From: Spirochaetia bacterium
Lineage (GTDB): Bacteria > Spirochaetota > Spirochaetia > SZUA-6 > Bin103
Direction of reading: 5' to 3'
Length of the DNA stretch: 64,000 bases
NCBI GenBank assembly: GCA_965198005.1
Contig: CBDAOI010000002.1
Location: 608,001-672,000 of the forward strand
Each line of letters starts with the position of its first letter. Within the stretch, counting starts at the first letter, position 1. Shown in pieces: positions 8,619 through 17,952 of the stretch. The position numbers and the translations under genes were made by a program. A model generated the notes under the pieces. It was not told the origin of the DNA, made no database searches, and was given only the letters and a program-made list of their open reading frames with translations.

Positions 8619-9840
8619 AGCGCGCCACCTTGCCGGCGTAGCCCAGCGCGATCGGCAGCAGCGCGCAGCCGGGAATCACCCCCCACGCACCGGCCGCGCA
8701 GGCGCGTTCGCCGAACGCCGCTACGGTGTCCGGGCGCCCGGCGGCGGCGTGCAGCAGGAACGGCACCGGGTGCGCGGTGTGCGCGCGCGCCACGCTCGGG
8801 GTGGAGTGGTCGCCGGTGACGATCACCACCTCGGGGCGCAGGCCAAGCAGCCGCGGCAGCAGCGCGTCCACGCGCTCGATCTCGGCCACCTTGGCGTCGA
8901 ACTCGCCATCCTCGCCGGCGGAGTCGGTGTACTTGTGGTGGAGGAAGAAGAAGTCGTAGTCGGGCCAAACCCGCGCCAGCGCCGCCGCCTGCGCCTCCAG
9001 GTCGGGCAGCTCGTCGAGCGCCTCCATCCCGACCAGGCGGCTCACGCCCTTGTAGTCGGGGTACACCGCCAGCGCCACGCCGCGCAGGCCGAAGCGGTCG
9101 CCGAGCGCGGGAATCTCCGGCAGCCGGGCGAAGCCGCGCAGCAGCACTTCGTTGGCCGGGCGCTCGGCCGCCAGCAGGGCGCGGGCGCGCTCGATGAAGC
9201 GGGCGGCGAGGCCGGCGGTGCGGCGCGCGGCCGCGACCGCGTCCGGCGGCGCGCCGGCGGGTGCTGCCCCGGCCGGCGGGCGCGCGGGAACGCCGGTGGC
9301 CTGGGGATCGGTGTCGGTCACCCGGTCGCTCAGATTGGAGCCGCGGAATACCACCATCGCGCGGTAGTCGCGCACCGCGCGCACGGCGACCTCGACCTGC
9401 GGCAACTCGATGGTGTCGAGCAGCGCGGCCAGGCGGATGCAGACCTCGGTCGGGATGCGCCCGGCGCGCCGGTCGGTTACCACGCCGGCGGGGTCGCGGG
9501 TGGCGAAGTTGAGGCGCGCCGCAACATCTCCGGTGCGCACCGGATAGCCGATCCCCAGCGCGGCCACGATGCCGCGCCCGATCGGGTAGCGCAACGGGTC
9601 GTAGCCGAACAGCGCCAAGTGGCCCGGCGCCGAGCCCGGGGCGATGCCGTACCCTACCGGCAGGTGCAGCCCGCATTCACCGGACCGCGCCAGCTCGTCG
9701 AGGTGCGGCGTGCGCGCCGCCTCCAGCTCGGTGGGACCGCCCGCGGTGCGCGGCAGCCCGCCCAGCCCGTCGAGCACCAGCAGCAGGATGCGCGCCTCAT
9801 TGCGCACCACCAGCGGCGTGATCGGCACGTCTTCTTCCAT
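8608..9840 (-). CDS. apgM: 2,3-bisphosphoglycerate-independent phosphoglycerate mutase (ApgM type)
   Basis: VLDGLGG, GSAPGHLALFGYDP, TDSAGEDG, TGDHSTP, HTAHPVP. Confidence 0.9.
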   Translation of the reverse strand: MEEDVPITPLVVRNEARILLLVLDGLGGLPRTAGGPTELEAARTPHLDELARSGECGLHLPVGYGIAPGSAPGHLALFGYDPLRYPIGRGIVAALGIGYPVRTGDVAARLNFATRDPAGVVTDRRAGRIPTEVCIRLAALLDTIELPQVEVAVRAVRDYRAMVVFRGSNLSDRVTDTDPQATGVPARPPAGAAPAGAPPDAVAAARRTAGLAARFIERARALLAAERPANEVLLRGFARLPEIPALGDRFGLRGVALAVYPDYKGVSRLVGMEALDELPDLEAQAAALARVWPDYDFFFLHHKYTDSAGEDGEFDAKVAEIERVDALLPRLLGLRPEVVIVTGDHSTPSVARAHTAHPVPFLLHAAAGRPDTVAAFGERACAAGAWGVIPGCALLPIALGYAGKVARFGA

Positions 9841-9902
9841 ATGTAGTGGCGTATAGGGGCGTCGGTACCGGCATCCGCCGCGGGGGGCGGCGGGCCGAGC
9901 GC

Positions 9903-10484
9903 CTACCCGCCGGCTGAAGCGGCGACCACGTTGACGGTCCGGGTGCTCGGCGAGCCTGCTTCGAAGTCACCCGGCTCCACCGCGTAAATCGTGAACTCGA
10001 TGGTCCGGTTGGTCGCGAACACGTCGCCCGCCCCCACCAGGTAGGAGAGCGCACCGGTCGATTCCTCAGCCTGAATGACGCAGGCTTGAGAGCCCTCGGC
10101 CGCGCGCGTACCCGAATCCTCGAGATCCACGTGCACCACGATTCTCTCTCCCGCCGGGGGGGCCGCAGTGCACGTAATCGTGACGAACTGGCCCTCCGCC
10201 ACCGGATTGGGCCAGACGCTGCTCAGGTATACGCCGAGCACGCCCGGCGACGGCGGCTCGATTACCGGCTCCTCGGCGGTCGGACGCCTGTCCGCGGGAG
10301 AGGTCGCCTGACCGGTCGCGGCATCGCTGTCGTCCCCCCCGCCGAACGCCTCCTCGAACAACGCGCAGCCGGAGGTCAGCAGGAGGACAACTCCGCACAG
10401 CATTGCCCCGACTCCCACGACGGAGTGATGCCGCCGATGGTGACGGCAGCCGTGCGCTCGACGATTCGATCCAGTTTCGTACAT
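9903..10484 (-). CDS. hypothetical lipoprotein with Ig-like C-terminus (start uncertain)
   Basis: Hydrophobic VVLLLTSGC lipobox; beta-rich C-terminal part. Confidence 0.5.
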   Translation of the reverse strand: MYETGSNRRAHGCRHHRRHHSVVGVGAMLCGVVLLLTSGCALFEEAFGGGDDSDAATGQATSPADRRPTAEEPVIEPPSPGVLGVYLSSVWPNPVAEGQFVTITCTAAPPAGERIVVHVDLEDSGTRAAEGSQACVIQAEESTGALSYLVGAGDVFATNRTIEFTIYAVEPGDFEAGSPSTRTVNVVAASAGG

Positions 10485-10566
10485 TCAAGACCCCTCATGC
10501 TCCGGACTTTCGGTGAAACGAATACAATGTATTTCCCCAAGGGACAACCCGTTCGATATTCGATGT

Positions 10567-11856
10567 ATGGGATCGTTGCGCCCGACGGCGCGTAACCGGA
10601 TCATCGTGCTGGGGGCGATCATGCTGGCGCTGCTGCCGGTCGGCTCCGCCCCGACCCCCGCGGTGCGGCCCGCCCCCGCCAGCGGCTTCGCCGAGGTGCG
10701 CGCGCTGTGGGTGGTGCGGACGGCGCTGGGCAGTGCCGCGCAGGTGCGGACGATGGTGGCCGAGGCCGCCGCCGCCGGCTTCAACACGCTGCTGGTGCAG
10801 GTGCGCGGCCGGGGCGACGCGCTGTATGCCTCCAGCCTGGAGCCGCGCGCCGAGTTCCTCACCGGCGACCCGGAGTTCGATCCGCTGCAGTTGGTGATCG
10901 AGGAAGCGTACCGGCGCGGCCTGGCGGTGCACGCCTGGGTGAACACCCATCTGGTATGGGGCCCGGTCAACCCGCCGCGCAGCCCCGAGCATCTGGTGAA
11001 CGCCCACCCCGACTGGCTGGCGGTGCCGCACGGTCTGGGGCGGCAGCTCTACCATCGCGACCCGCGCAGCCCCGAGTACGTGGCGCGGCTGATCGAGTAC
11101 GCGGCCGCCAACATCAAGTCGATCGAGGGACTGTTCACCAGCCCCTCGCACCCGGCGGTGCAGGATCGCGTGCAGCGGGTCTGGATGGATCTGGCGCGCA
11201 ACTACGACCTGGACGGCATCCACTTCGACTACGTGCGCTTCCCCTCGCCCGAATTCGACTATTCACGCGGCGCCCTGGAGCGGTTTCGCGCCTGGGCCGG
11301 ACTGCGCCTGCCGGCGCGGCGCATGCGGGAACTGGACGCGGCCGCGGAGCAGGATCCCTACGCGCTGGTGGAAGCGCTGCCCGAGTGGTGGCGCGTGTTC
11401 CGCCGGGACAGCATTTCCATGCTGGTGCGGCGCATCTACGTCGACGTCAAGCTGCTCCGTCCCGGCCTGATCGTGTCGGCGGCGGTGCTGCCCGACCGCG
11501 GCGCGGCGCGCGAACAACGGTTCCAGGAGTGGACGAACTGGCTGGCCGAGGGGATCCTGGACGTGGTGGTGCCGATGGCGTACACCACCGACCCGGAGCG
11601 GTTCCGCATCTGGATCGCGCAGGCGCGCGTCGCCGCCGGCAGCCGGGAGCGGATCTGGGCCGGAGTCGGGGGTTACCTGAACCCGGTCGGCGGCACGCTT
11701 GAGCAGATCGAGCACGCGCGCCGCGCCGGGGCCGGCGGCGTGGTGCTGTTCGCCTACGCCACTCCGGCCGCGACCCCGCCGGAACCGGGCGCCCCCGCCC
11801 CGCTCGCGCGGATCGGGCAAGCGGCGTTCGGCCCGACGGCGGCCCAGCCACGCTGA
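10567..11856 (+). CDS. GHL10/DUF187 (YddW-like) glycoside hydrolase, secreted
   Basis: Signal peptide; EVRALWV, QVRGRGDALY, VHAWVN, YDLDGIHFDYVR, VPMAY. Confidence 0.9.
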   Translation: MGSLRPTARNRIIVLGAIMLALLPVGSAPTPAVRPAPASGFAEVRALWVVRTALGSAAQVRTMVAEAAAAGFNTLLVQVRGRGDALYASSLEPRAEFLTGDPEFDPLQLVIEEAYRRGLAVHAWVNTHLVWGPVNPPRSPEHLVNAHPDWLAVPHGLGRQLYHRDPRSPEYVARLIEYAAANIKSIEGLFTSPSHPAVQDRVQRVWMDLARNYDLDGIHFDYVRFPSPEFDYSRGALERFRAWAGLRLPARRMRELDAAAEQDPYALVEALPEWWRVFRRDSISMLVRRIYVDVKLLRPGLIVSAAVLPDRGAAREQRFQEWTNWLAEGILDVVVPMAYTTDPERFRIWIAQARVAAGSRERIWAGVGGYLNPVGGTLEQIEHARRAGAGGVVLFAYATPAATPPEPGAPAPLARIGQAAFGPTAAQPR

Positions 11857-11865
11857 ATTGCGCGT

Positions 11866-12215
11866 TCATGCCTCATCGCGCTTCCCTTGGCGGTCCAACT
11901 CCCTCGCCACGAATGGCGCATGCCGCTGCAGGTAGGACCAGCTTATCTCTCGGCACCAGTAATCTACGGCAAACTTCCGCCGCGCTTCACGGCATTGCGA
12001 GTCGTTGAGCCGCAAACGCTCAATGGTATTGGTCACGTCGGCCTCAATGCCATCGGGAAGCCCGGTACCCGGCACCACCTGGAATTCGTACAGTTCCAGA
12101 GCAAACCATCCGTCCTTGACCTCGAACGGGTCCAGCACCTGGTCAACGCATCCCTTGCGGGCGTTCATCAACGCGCAGGCCAGGCGGTAGTTGCTCCATT
12201 CGTAGACCGGATCAC
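11866..12215 (-). pseudogene. HNH endonuclease (PtuB-like), N-terminal part missing
   Basis: VYEWSNYRLACALMNARKG...LDPFEV...TIERLRLN; no CxxC/DH half of the HNH motif present. Confidence 0.7.
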
Positions 12216-13502
12216 GGCTCGCCCCCGCACCGATTCCACGAATGCATTCCAACGCACCCAGAATACGTCGGGATCGGGCAGCACCGAACGAAGGTGTTCG
12301 TGTGCCTCCATAACTTCTTCGAGTTTCGGAGCCTGCTGTTGGAGCAGAGTTCTCGCTCGAAGGATCGCCTGCTCCGCCTCGACACTGCCGCGATCGGTGG
12401 CTAGATCGAAGGCCTCACTCGTGAGCCAGTGGCCGGCGCTGCCCCGCGGCGTATATTGGCGCCGCTGCAGGGTTACCCGTGGCGGCTCATCGACCAGATC
12501 GAGGTCGAACCATGCGTCCTGTTTCGGGTCGAACCATGCTTCAGTGGACCCGAGCACGAGCGGGGAGTGGGTGGCCGCCACGAGCTGAAAATCTCTTCCG
12601 GCGAAGGGTTGGGTGTCTTCATTGCCGAAATCTCGCAACGCCTTCAGAATCGACCGCTGCCAGCGGGGATGCAGATGGCTCTCGACTTCGTCGAACAGCA
12701 TGATCACGCGCTCGGTGACTTCCTCGCCCAACTGCCTGGCGGCGATCCGATGCTCGCTCCAGGCCCACGTCAACACATATGCCAGTGCGCATGCCCGACG
12801 AATTCCCGACGAGGCATGGAGTATCGGCACCGCACCTGCGTAGGAGGTCTCTATGGAGGGATAGTCCAGCGGGTCATCGACCGCAAGCCGCATGAGCCCA
12901 CCCGGTGTGATGACCTCCTCCGGCGCACCGGGAGACAGCGCCCGCAGTGCGGCAGCCATGGCAGTCGCGTTGTCATCCTGCGCCCGAATCCAGGTTGACC
13001 AGTCTCGCACCAGACCGTTGCAGACGGGAACATCCTCGTTGGTCCCGGTCCACAGACCCTCCCAGACCTCGGCCTCGGTGAATACGTACGCCAAGGGCCT
13101 TTTCCGCGGACCCAAGTTTCGGGCGGGGTCCCATACGGAAAACGACCCGTCGGCATGAGCATACACCACGAGCCCCGCGTTCCATCGACGTTCATTCTTG
13201 AATGACCACTCTTCGGCCCGTTGCAAGTACCTTGAGGTGGCCTCGATACTGTCGCTCTTGGCTGACAGACGAAAGCGGATCGACGCCGGCCTTGCAGGGT
13301 CAACCGGTCGGGCCGGCAGCCCGCAGGTCATGTGCCGGTTAACCTCGCGGGGCCAGTGCCGCGTGAGCGCCCACCACGCGGTGTCCAGCAGGAAGCTCTT
13401 GCCGAGACCGTTGTCACCGGTCAGAAGGTTTACCCGCGATGCGAATTCGATCTCCATCTCAGGCGCAGGTCCCGTGTTTTTCAGTCGCAGATACTCAAGC
13501 AT
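12168..13502 (-). CDS. ABC-type AAA_21 ATPase (PtuA-like)
   Basis: Walker A GDNGLGKS, signature ASSGIRR, Walker B LFDEVESHLHPRWQ, H-loop ATHSP. Confidence 0.85.
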   Translation of the reverse strand: MLEYLRLKNTGPAPEMEIEFASRVNLLTGDNGLGKSFLLDTAWWALTRHWPREVNRHMTCGLPARPVDPARPASIRFRLSAKSDSIEATSRYLQRAEEWSFKNERRWNAGLVVYAHADGSFSVWDPARNLGPRKRPLAYVFTEAEVWEGLWTGTNEDVPVCNGLVRDWSTWIRAQDDNATAMAAALRALSPGAPEEVITPGGLMRLAVDDPLDYPSIETSYAGAVPILHASSGIRRACALAYVLTWAWSEHRIAARQLGEEVTERVIMLFDEVESHLHPRWQRSILKALRDFGNEDTQPFAGRDFQLVAATHSPLVLGSTEAWFDPKQDAWFDLDLVDEPPRVTLQRRQYTPRGSAGHWLTSEAFDLATDRGSVEAEQAILRARTLLQQQAPKLEEVMEAHEHLRSVLPDPDVFWVRWNAFVESVRGRAVIRSTNGATTAWPAR

Positions 13503-13539
13503 GGGCAGCCTCTCGCTCAGTACGAGCGTACTGCCTACT

Positions 13540-14235
13540 CTACGGTGATCCGGCGGGCGTGTATATCTTTTCGGGATAGGGGCACCAGCGCGCGACCGGG
13601 CAGCGGTCGCACTCGGGGCGGCGGGCGCGGCAGCAGCGGCGGCCGTGGTAGTTGACTACCGCCGACAGCTCCGACTGCTGCGCCGCGGGGATCAGGGCGC
13701 GGACCTCGGCCTCGATCCGGTCCGGGTCGGTGGCGGTGACCAAGCCGAGACGGGTAGCCACGCGGCGGAAGTGGGTGTCCACCACCACGGCCGGGGCGCC
13801 GAACCAGTGTTGCAGCATCACGTTGGCGGTCTTCCGACCCACGCCCGGCAGCGCCGCCAGTTCTTCGATGGTGGCCGGCACCGCGCCGCCGTGCTCGGCG
13901 CACAGCGCGCGGGCGCAGGCGATCAGGTTGCGCGACTTGTTGCGGAAGAACCCGGTCGAGCGCACCGCGCTCTCCAGTTCCCCCTGATCCGCGGCCGCGA
14001 GCGCCGCCGCATCCGGATAGCGGGCGAACAGCGCCCGCGTCACCGTGTTCACCCGCTCGTCGGTGCACTGCGCGGAGAGGATGGTCGCCACCAGCAGCTC
14101 GTAGGCGTTGCGGTGGTGCAGCGGGCACGGCGTGTCGGGGTACTCGCGGCGCAGCCGCCGCCGGATGGCCGCGGCGCGGGTGCGCAGCTCGCCCAGGCGG
14201 CGGGACTCGGCGGCACGGTCGGATACCTTATTCAT
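13540..14235 (-). CDS. nth: endonuclease III
   Basis: LVATILSAQCTD, LPGVGRKTAN, VDTH, C-x6-C-x2-C-x5-C cluster. Confidence 0.95.
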   Translation of the reverse strand: MNKVSDRAAESRRLGELRTRAAAIRRRLRREYPDTPCPLHHRNAYELLVATILSAQCTDERVNTVTRALFARYPDAAALAAADQGELESAVRSTGFFRNKSRNLIACARALCAEHGGAVPATIEELAALPGVGRKTANVMLQHWFGAPAVVVDTHFRRVATRLGLVTATDPDRIEAEVRALIPAAQQSELSAVVNYHGRRCCRARRPECDRCPVARWCPYPEKIYTPAGSP

Positions 14236-14309
14236 TGGGCGGACCGGTCAAGGCAGCACGGCCGTGTGCCAGCTCGACCATGCGCGGGCGCGGGCGCATC
14301 CCGCCGGCA

Positions 14310-15850
14310 TCATGAACCGCCGGCCGGCGGCGGTTCCCAAAGACGTTCGAGCGATACCACTCCGGCGTCGCCGTATGCGGGCCCGTGATCCCCGGCCGGC
14401 CGCGCCTCGGTCGGCTCCAGCGGCGCCCCCTCCCAGCGTGGCGCCACCGGCACCGCCGGCAGCGGCGTACCATCCGGCCGCCGGAACACAAGCTGCCCAT
14501 CCGCGCCAGAGACCACCTGAAACCCCTCCTCGTGCACCGCCCGGTGGTGGTAGCGACACACGAGAACCAGGTTAGAAAGTCGCGTCGCCCCGCCGTCTGC
14601 CCAGTGCACGACGTGATGCGCGTCGCAGTGGCGGAGCTGACAGCCGGGGAACTGACACTGATGGTGGTCTCTGACCTCCAGCGCGCGGCGCAACGGGGCA
14701 CCGTGCGCGTTCTCGCCCGACCTCCAGGACTGCGCCGTCGGGAGCGTGGGTACGCGGCCGGCGTCGCAGGCGATGCGGCGGGCCGCGGTCGTAGCGAGGT
14801 GAATTTTGGGATGACCGCCGCGCCGGCGGCGCGGGTGGGTCGGCCGTCGGCGCCGGTGCCACCGGTGCGGGGCTGCGCGTCGGCGGCGGGGGCGTCGGGG
14901 TGCTCAGGCGCGTCCGCGCGGTGACCGGCGGTGCGACCGGCTGGGCGGCAGTCTCACCGGCGGCGCACGGTGCTGCCGGCATCGCCGGTGGCGAGTCCGG
15001 CCGGTGCCCCGCGTTTCCGCTGAACTGGCCGGCGTCAGCGGCCGCGCAGCCGGCTGCCGCCGCGCCCGGGGCGCTCGCTGCCGCGGCCGGAGCACCGGCG
15101 CACGTTTCCGCGGAAATCCCGGGTAGCCACGGGGGAAGGGGCAGTCTCACGGGCAGTCTCACCGGCGGCCAACGCCGGCACGTGCACCGTCACCTGGTAG
15201 CGGTCACGGGTCCAGCTTGGCTTTCCGACTCCCAGCGCATCCGCGCGCCGTTGCGAGGCAGTGCACTCGGTGCCGTCCGCCGCCGCCGCCGGCACCTGCT
15301 CGGCCTCCAGCGCCCGCGGCCCCCACCTCCGGCAGACCGCCCGCGCAGCACCACCATCCCGTCTTCGTCCACCCGCGCTCAACCCGCGCCGCGCCAAGGC
15401 ACCTGCGCGCCATCGTCGCCGGCCGCCGCGCTCCTCCCGGTCCACCCGCCGCCAGCCGCGCACCAGCCGCTCCACCTGCTCGGCGGTCGCGCCGCACGCC
15501 ACCGCCAGCAGCCGCGCCTCGGTGAGCGGGGTCGCCACCCGAGGCGGTACCTTCGCAGCACCCGCAGGCCATGGCGGCGCTCACGTGGTTGAGGTCGGCC
15601 AGGGCGGCGGCCACGGCAGCTTCTCGCGCGCGGCGCCGTCGAGGCCGGTGCGCCGGCCAGTGGGCGCACGAGCAGCCTTCCCAGCCGTGGCGGCGGTCGG
15701 CGTAGGTCGTCATACCTGCGCGCGGAGAGTTCGGCGATGCGGTCGCCGAGCTGATTCGATGGCGGCGGCGCCTGATTGTTCCGCGGCCGCTGGGCGGTTT
15801 TGGACGGGGCCGTAGGCGGCGGTGGCGGGCTTGGTTCGGCGATTTTGGAG
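14310..15850 (-). pseudogene. DUF222 + HNH endonuclease, heavily frameshifted
   Basis: LGDRIAELSA N-terminus; RRALEVRD...CQFPGC...DAHHVVHWADGGATRLSNLVLVCRYHH. Confidence 0.8.
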
Positions 15851-16066
15851 TTTCGTGGCCGGATGGGGTTTCGCTCCAGCGCTGCTAGGGCCCGGGTGCG
15901 GGACACGTGGGTTGGCGCGGGGCCGAGGCGGACTGTGGCGCTCCAAACGCTGGATATTTTTTGGCGCTCGCACCGCCTTACGTGACAGTTTGTGACCCCC
16001 GGGCCGCCGGTCCGGCCGCGCGGTATGCACGCCGGCGGCGGGCCGGCTACACTGGGCGGCGACGCG

Positions 16067-16930
16067 ATGGCCCAACCAACGGTGGTGATCACCGGCGCCA
16101 GCCGCGGCATCGGCCTGGCGGTGACGCGGGCGCTGTGCGCAGCCGGATACGGGGTGGTTGCCGGGGTACGCGCCCCGCGGGCGCTGCCGGAGGACGCGCG
16201 TCTCGCCGGCGTCCACTACCTGGGGCTCGACCTGACCGACTCCGCTTCGATCGCCGCCTTTGCCGCGGCCGCGGGCGAGCTGGCCGGCTCGTCGCTGCTG
16301 GCGCTGGTCAACAACGCCGGCGTGGGCGCCCTGGGCGCGGCCGAAACATTCCCGCCGGCGCGCGCCCGCCGAGTGCTGGAAGTCAACCTGTGGGGCGCGT
16401 TGGACCTCACCCGGCGGTTGCTGCCGCGGCTGCGGGCGCGCGCCGCGCCGGGCCGCCCCACGTACCTGCTCAACGTCGGCTCGCTGATCGCGGAGTATCC
16501 GGTGCCCTACCACGCCGTGTACGCGGCCTCGAAGGGGGCGTTGCGCGCCTACACGCTGGCGCTGCGCGGCGAACTGGCCGCCCACGGGGTGGCGGTCGTG
16601 CTGCTGGAGCCCGGCGACGTCGCCACCGGCACCACGCCCGTACGCGCCGCCGGCGGCGCCGCCGGGGATTCGCCGTACGCGGTGGCCGAGGCGACGGTGG
16701 AGCAGGCCCGGGCGCGCAAGATGGAAGCCGCGCCGCCGCCCGAGGCGGTGGCCGCGCGCGTGCTGGCGGTGCTGGGCGCCCGCCGGCCGCCGCCGATCGT
16801 GGCCTGCGGCGGCAGCGCGCCGCTGCTGCGCTTCGCCCGCCGCCTGCTGCCCGACCGCGCCGCGCAGGCGCTCACCCTGCGCTCCTACGGCCTCGGCAGC
16901 CGCGGCCGCCCGCGCGGCCACCGCGCGTAG
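16067..16930 (+). CDS. SDR family oxidoreductase
   Basis: TGASRGIG, VNNAG, YAASK. Confidence 0.9.
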   Translation: MAQPTVVITGASRGIGLAVTRALCAAGYGVVAGVRAPRALPEDARLAGVHYLGLDLTDSASIAAFAAAAGELAGSSLLALVNNAGVGALGAAETFPPARARRVLEVNLWGALDLTRRLLPRLRARAAPGRPTYLLNVGSLIAEYPVPYHAVYAASKGALRAYTLALRGELAAHGVAVVLLEPGDVATGTTPVRAAGGAAGDSPYAVAEATVEQARARKMEAAPPPEAVAARVLAVLGARRPPPIVACGGSAPLLRFARRLLPDRAAQALTLRSYGLGSRGRPRGHRA

Positions 16931-17024
16931 GGTCGCCGGGGTCGCACGGAACGCGCCCACACCGCCGGACCACCGGAGCGCACCGTTGACGCCGCCACGG
17001 CGAACGGGGTACCGTCGGTCCGTC

Positions 17025-17591
17025 ATGGCCGTGATCTCCATACCGCGCCCCCTGCGCGAGAAACTCGGTGCCGAGGCCGCCGATTCCCTGGCAGACCTCT
17101 TGCACGAGTTCAGCGCCGAGCATCGCGAAGATCTCGTCGTTGTGGTGGAGGAGCGGTTCGCCCGCCGGGTCGCCGAGTCCCGCGATGCGGTACGCAGCGA
17201 GATACACAGCTTCCGCGACGAGCTGCGTAGCGAGATGCATGCCGGCTTCCTCGACCTGCAGAAGCAGATCGGCGCACTGCGTGCGGAACTCGGCACGCAG
17301 ATCGCCGCCGTGCGTACCGACTTCGGCATGGAGATCGCCGCACTGCGTGCGGAACTCGGCACACAGATCGCCGCAGTGCGTACCGACCTCGGCAAGGAGA
17401 TCGCCGCCGTGCGTGCGGAACTCGGCACGCAGATCGGTGACGTCCGTAAGGAAATCGGCGAGATCCATAAGGAGATCGGCAGCGTCCGGAAGGAGATCAC
17501 CGTACAGACACGCTGGATTCTGGCAGTCCTGGTCGCCGCGGCGACCCTGATTCCGTTCATTCAGCGGCTCGCGGAATCACTACTGCCGTGA
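17025..17591 (+). CDS. DUF1640/Bdr-like coiled-coil protein with 11-aa repeats and C-terminal TM anchor
   Basis: PLREKLGAEAADSL N-terminus; 33-bp repeats; WILAVLVAAATLIPF. Confidence 0.8.
   Translation: MAVISIPRPLREKLGAEAADSLADLLHEFSAEHREDLVVVVEERFARRVAESRDAVRSEIHSFRDELRSEMHAGFLDLQKQIGALRAELGTQIAAVRTDFGMEIAALRAELGTQIAAVRTDLGKEIAAVRAELGTQIGDVRKEIGEIHKEIGSVRKEITVQTRWILAVLVAAATLIPFIQRLAESLLP
17265..17429 (+). repeat. five degenerate 33-bp coding tandem repeats
   Basis: QIAALRAELGT / QIAAVRTDLGK alternating units. Confidence 0.85.
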
Positions 17592-17608
17592 TGCAGAGGG
17601 GCGCGCAA

Positions 17609-17681
17609 CGGGATGTAGCCCAGCGGCTAGGGCACCTGCTTTGGGAGCAGGAGATCGGAGGTTCGAGTCCTCTCATCCCGA
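17609..17681 (+). tRNA. tRNA-Pro(TGG)
   Basis: CGGGATG...CATCCCG-A cloverleaf, anticodon loop TTTGGGA. Confidence 0.95.
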
Positions 17682-17698
17682 TCCCGATTCTTGCCACT

Positions 17699-17772
17699 GC
17701 GTCCATAGCTCAGCCGGATAGAGCAGCAGCCTTCTAAGCTGCGGGTCGCGCGTTCGAGTCGCGCTGGACGCG
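17699..17772 (+). tRNA. tRNA-Arg(TCT)
   Basis: GCGTCCA...TGGACGC-G, loop CTTCTAA. Confidence 0.95.
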
Positions 17773-17845
17773 ACGCCCGGCGCGCGCGCGGCCGGCCGCC
17801 CCCGAAACCTGCCGCCCGGTCTCGCGCCGCGCCGGTCAGCCGGTG

Positions 17846-17950
17846 GCGCCTGCCGCCGATGCGCCTGCGCCTGCCGCCGATGCGCCTGCGCCTGCCGCCG
17901 ATGCGCCTGCGCCTGCCGCCGATGCGCCTGCGCCTGCCGCCGGATGCGCC
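17846..17950. repeat. 21-bp intergenic tandem repeat, 4 perfect copies + 1 variant
   Basis: Unit GCGCCTGCCGCCGATGCGCCT. Confidence 0.95.
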
Positions 17951-17952
17951 GG

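Noticed and set aside
11866-13502. Retron system
   Set aside because: No reverse transcriptase or msr-msd region recognised nearby
17846-17950. CRISPR array
   Set aside because: Head-to-tail repeats with no spacers; no cas genes in the window
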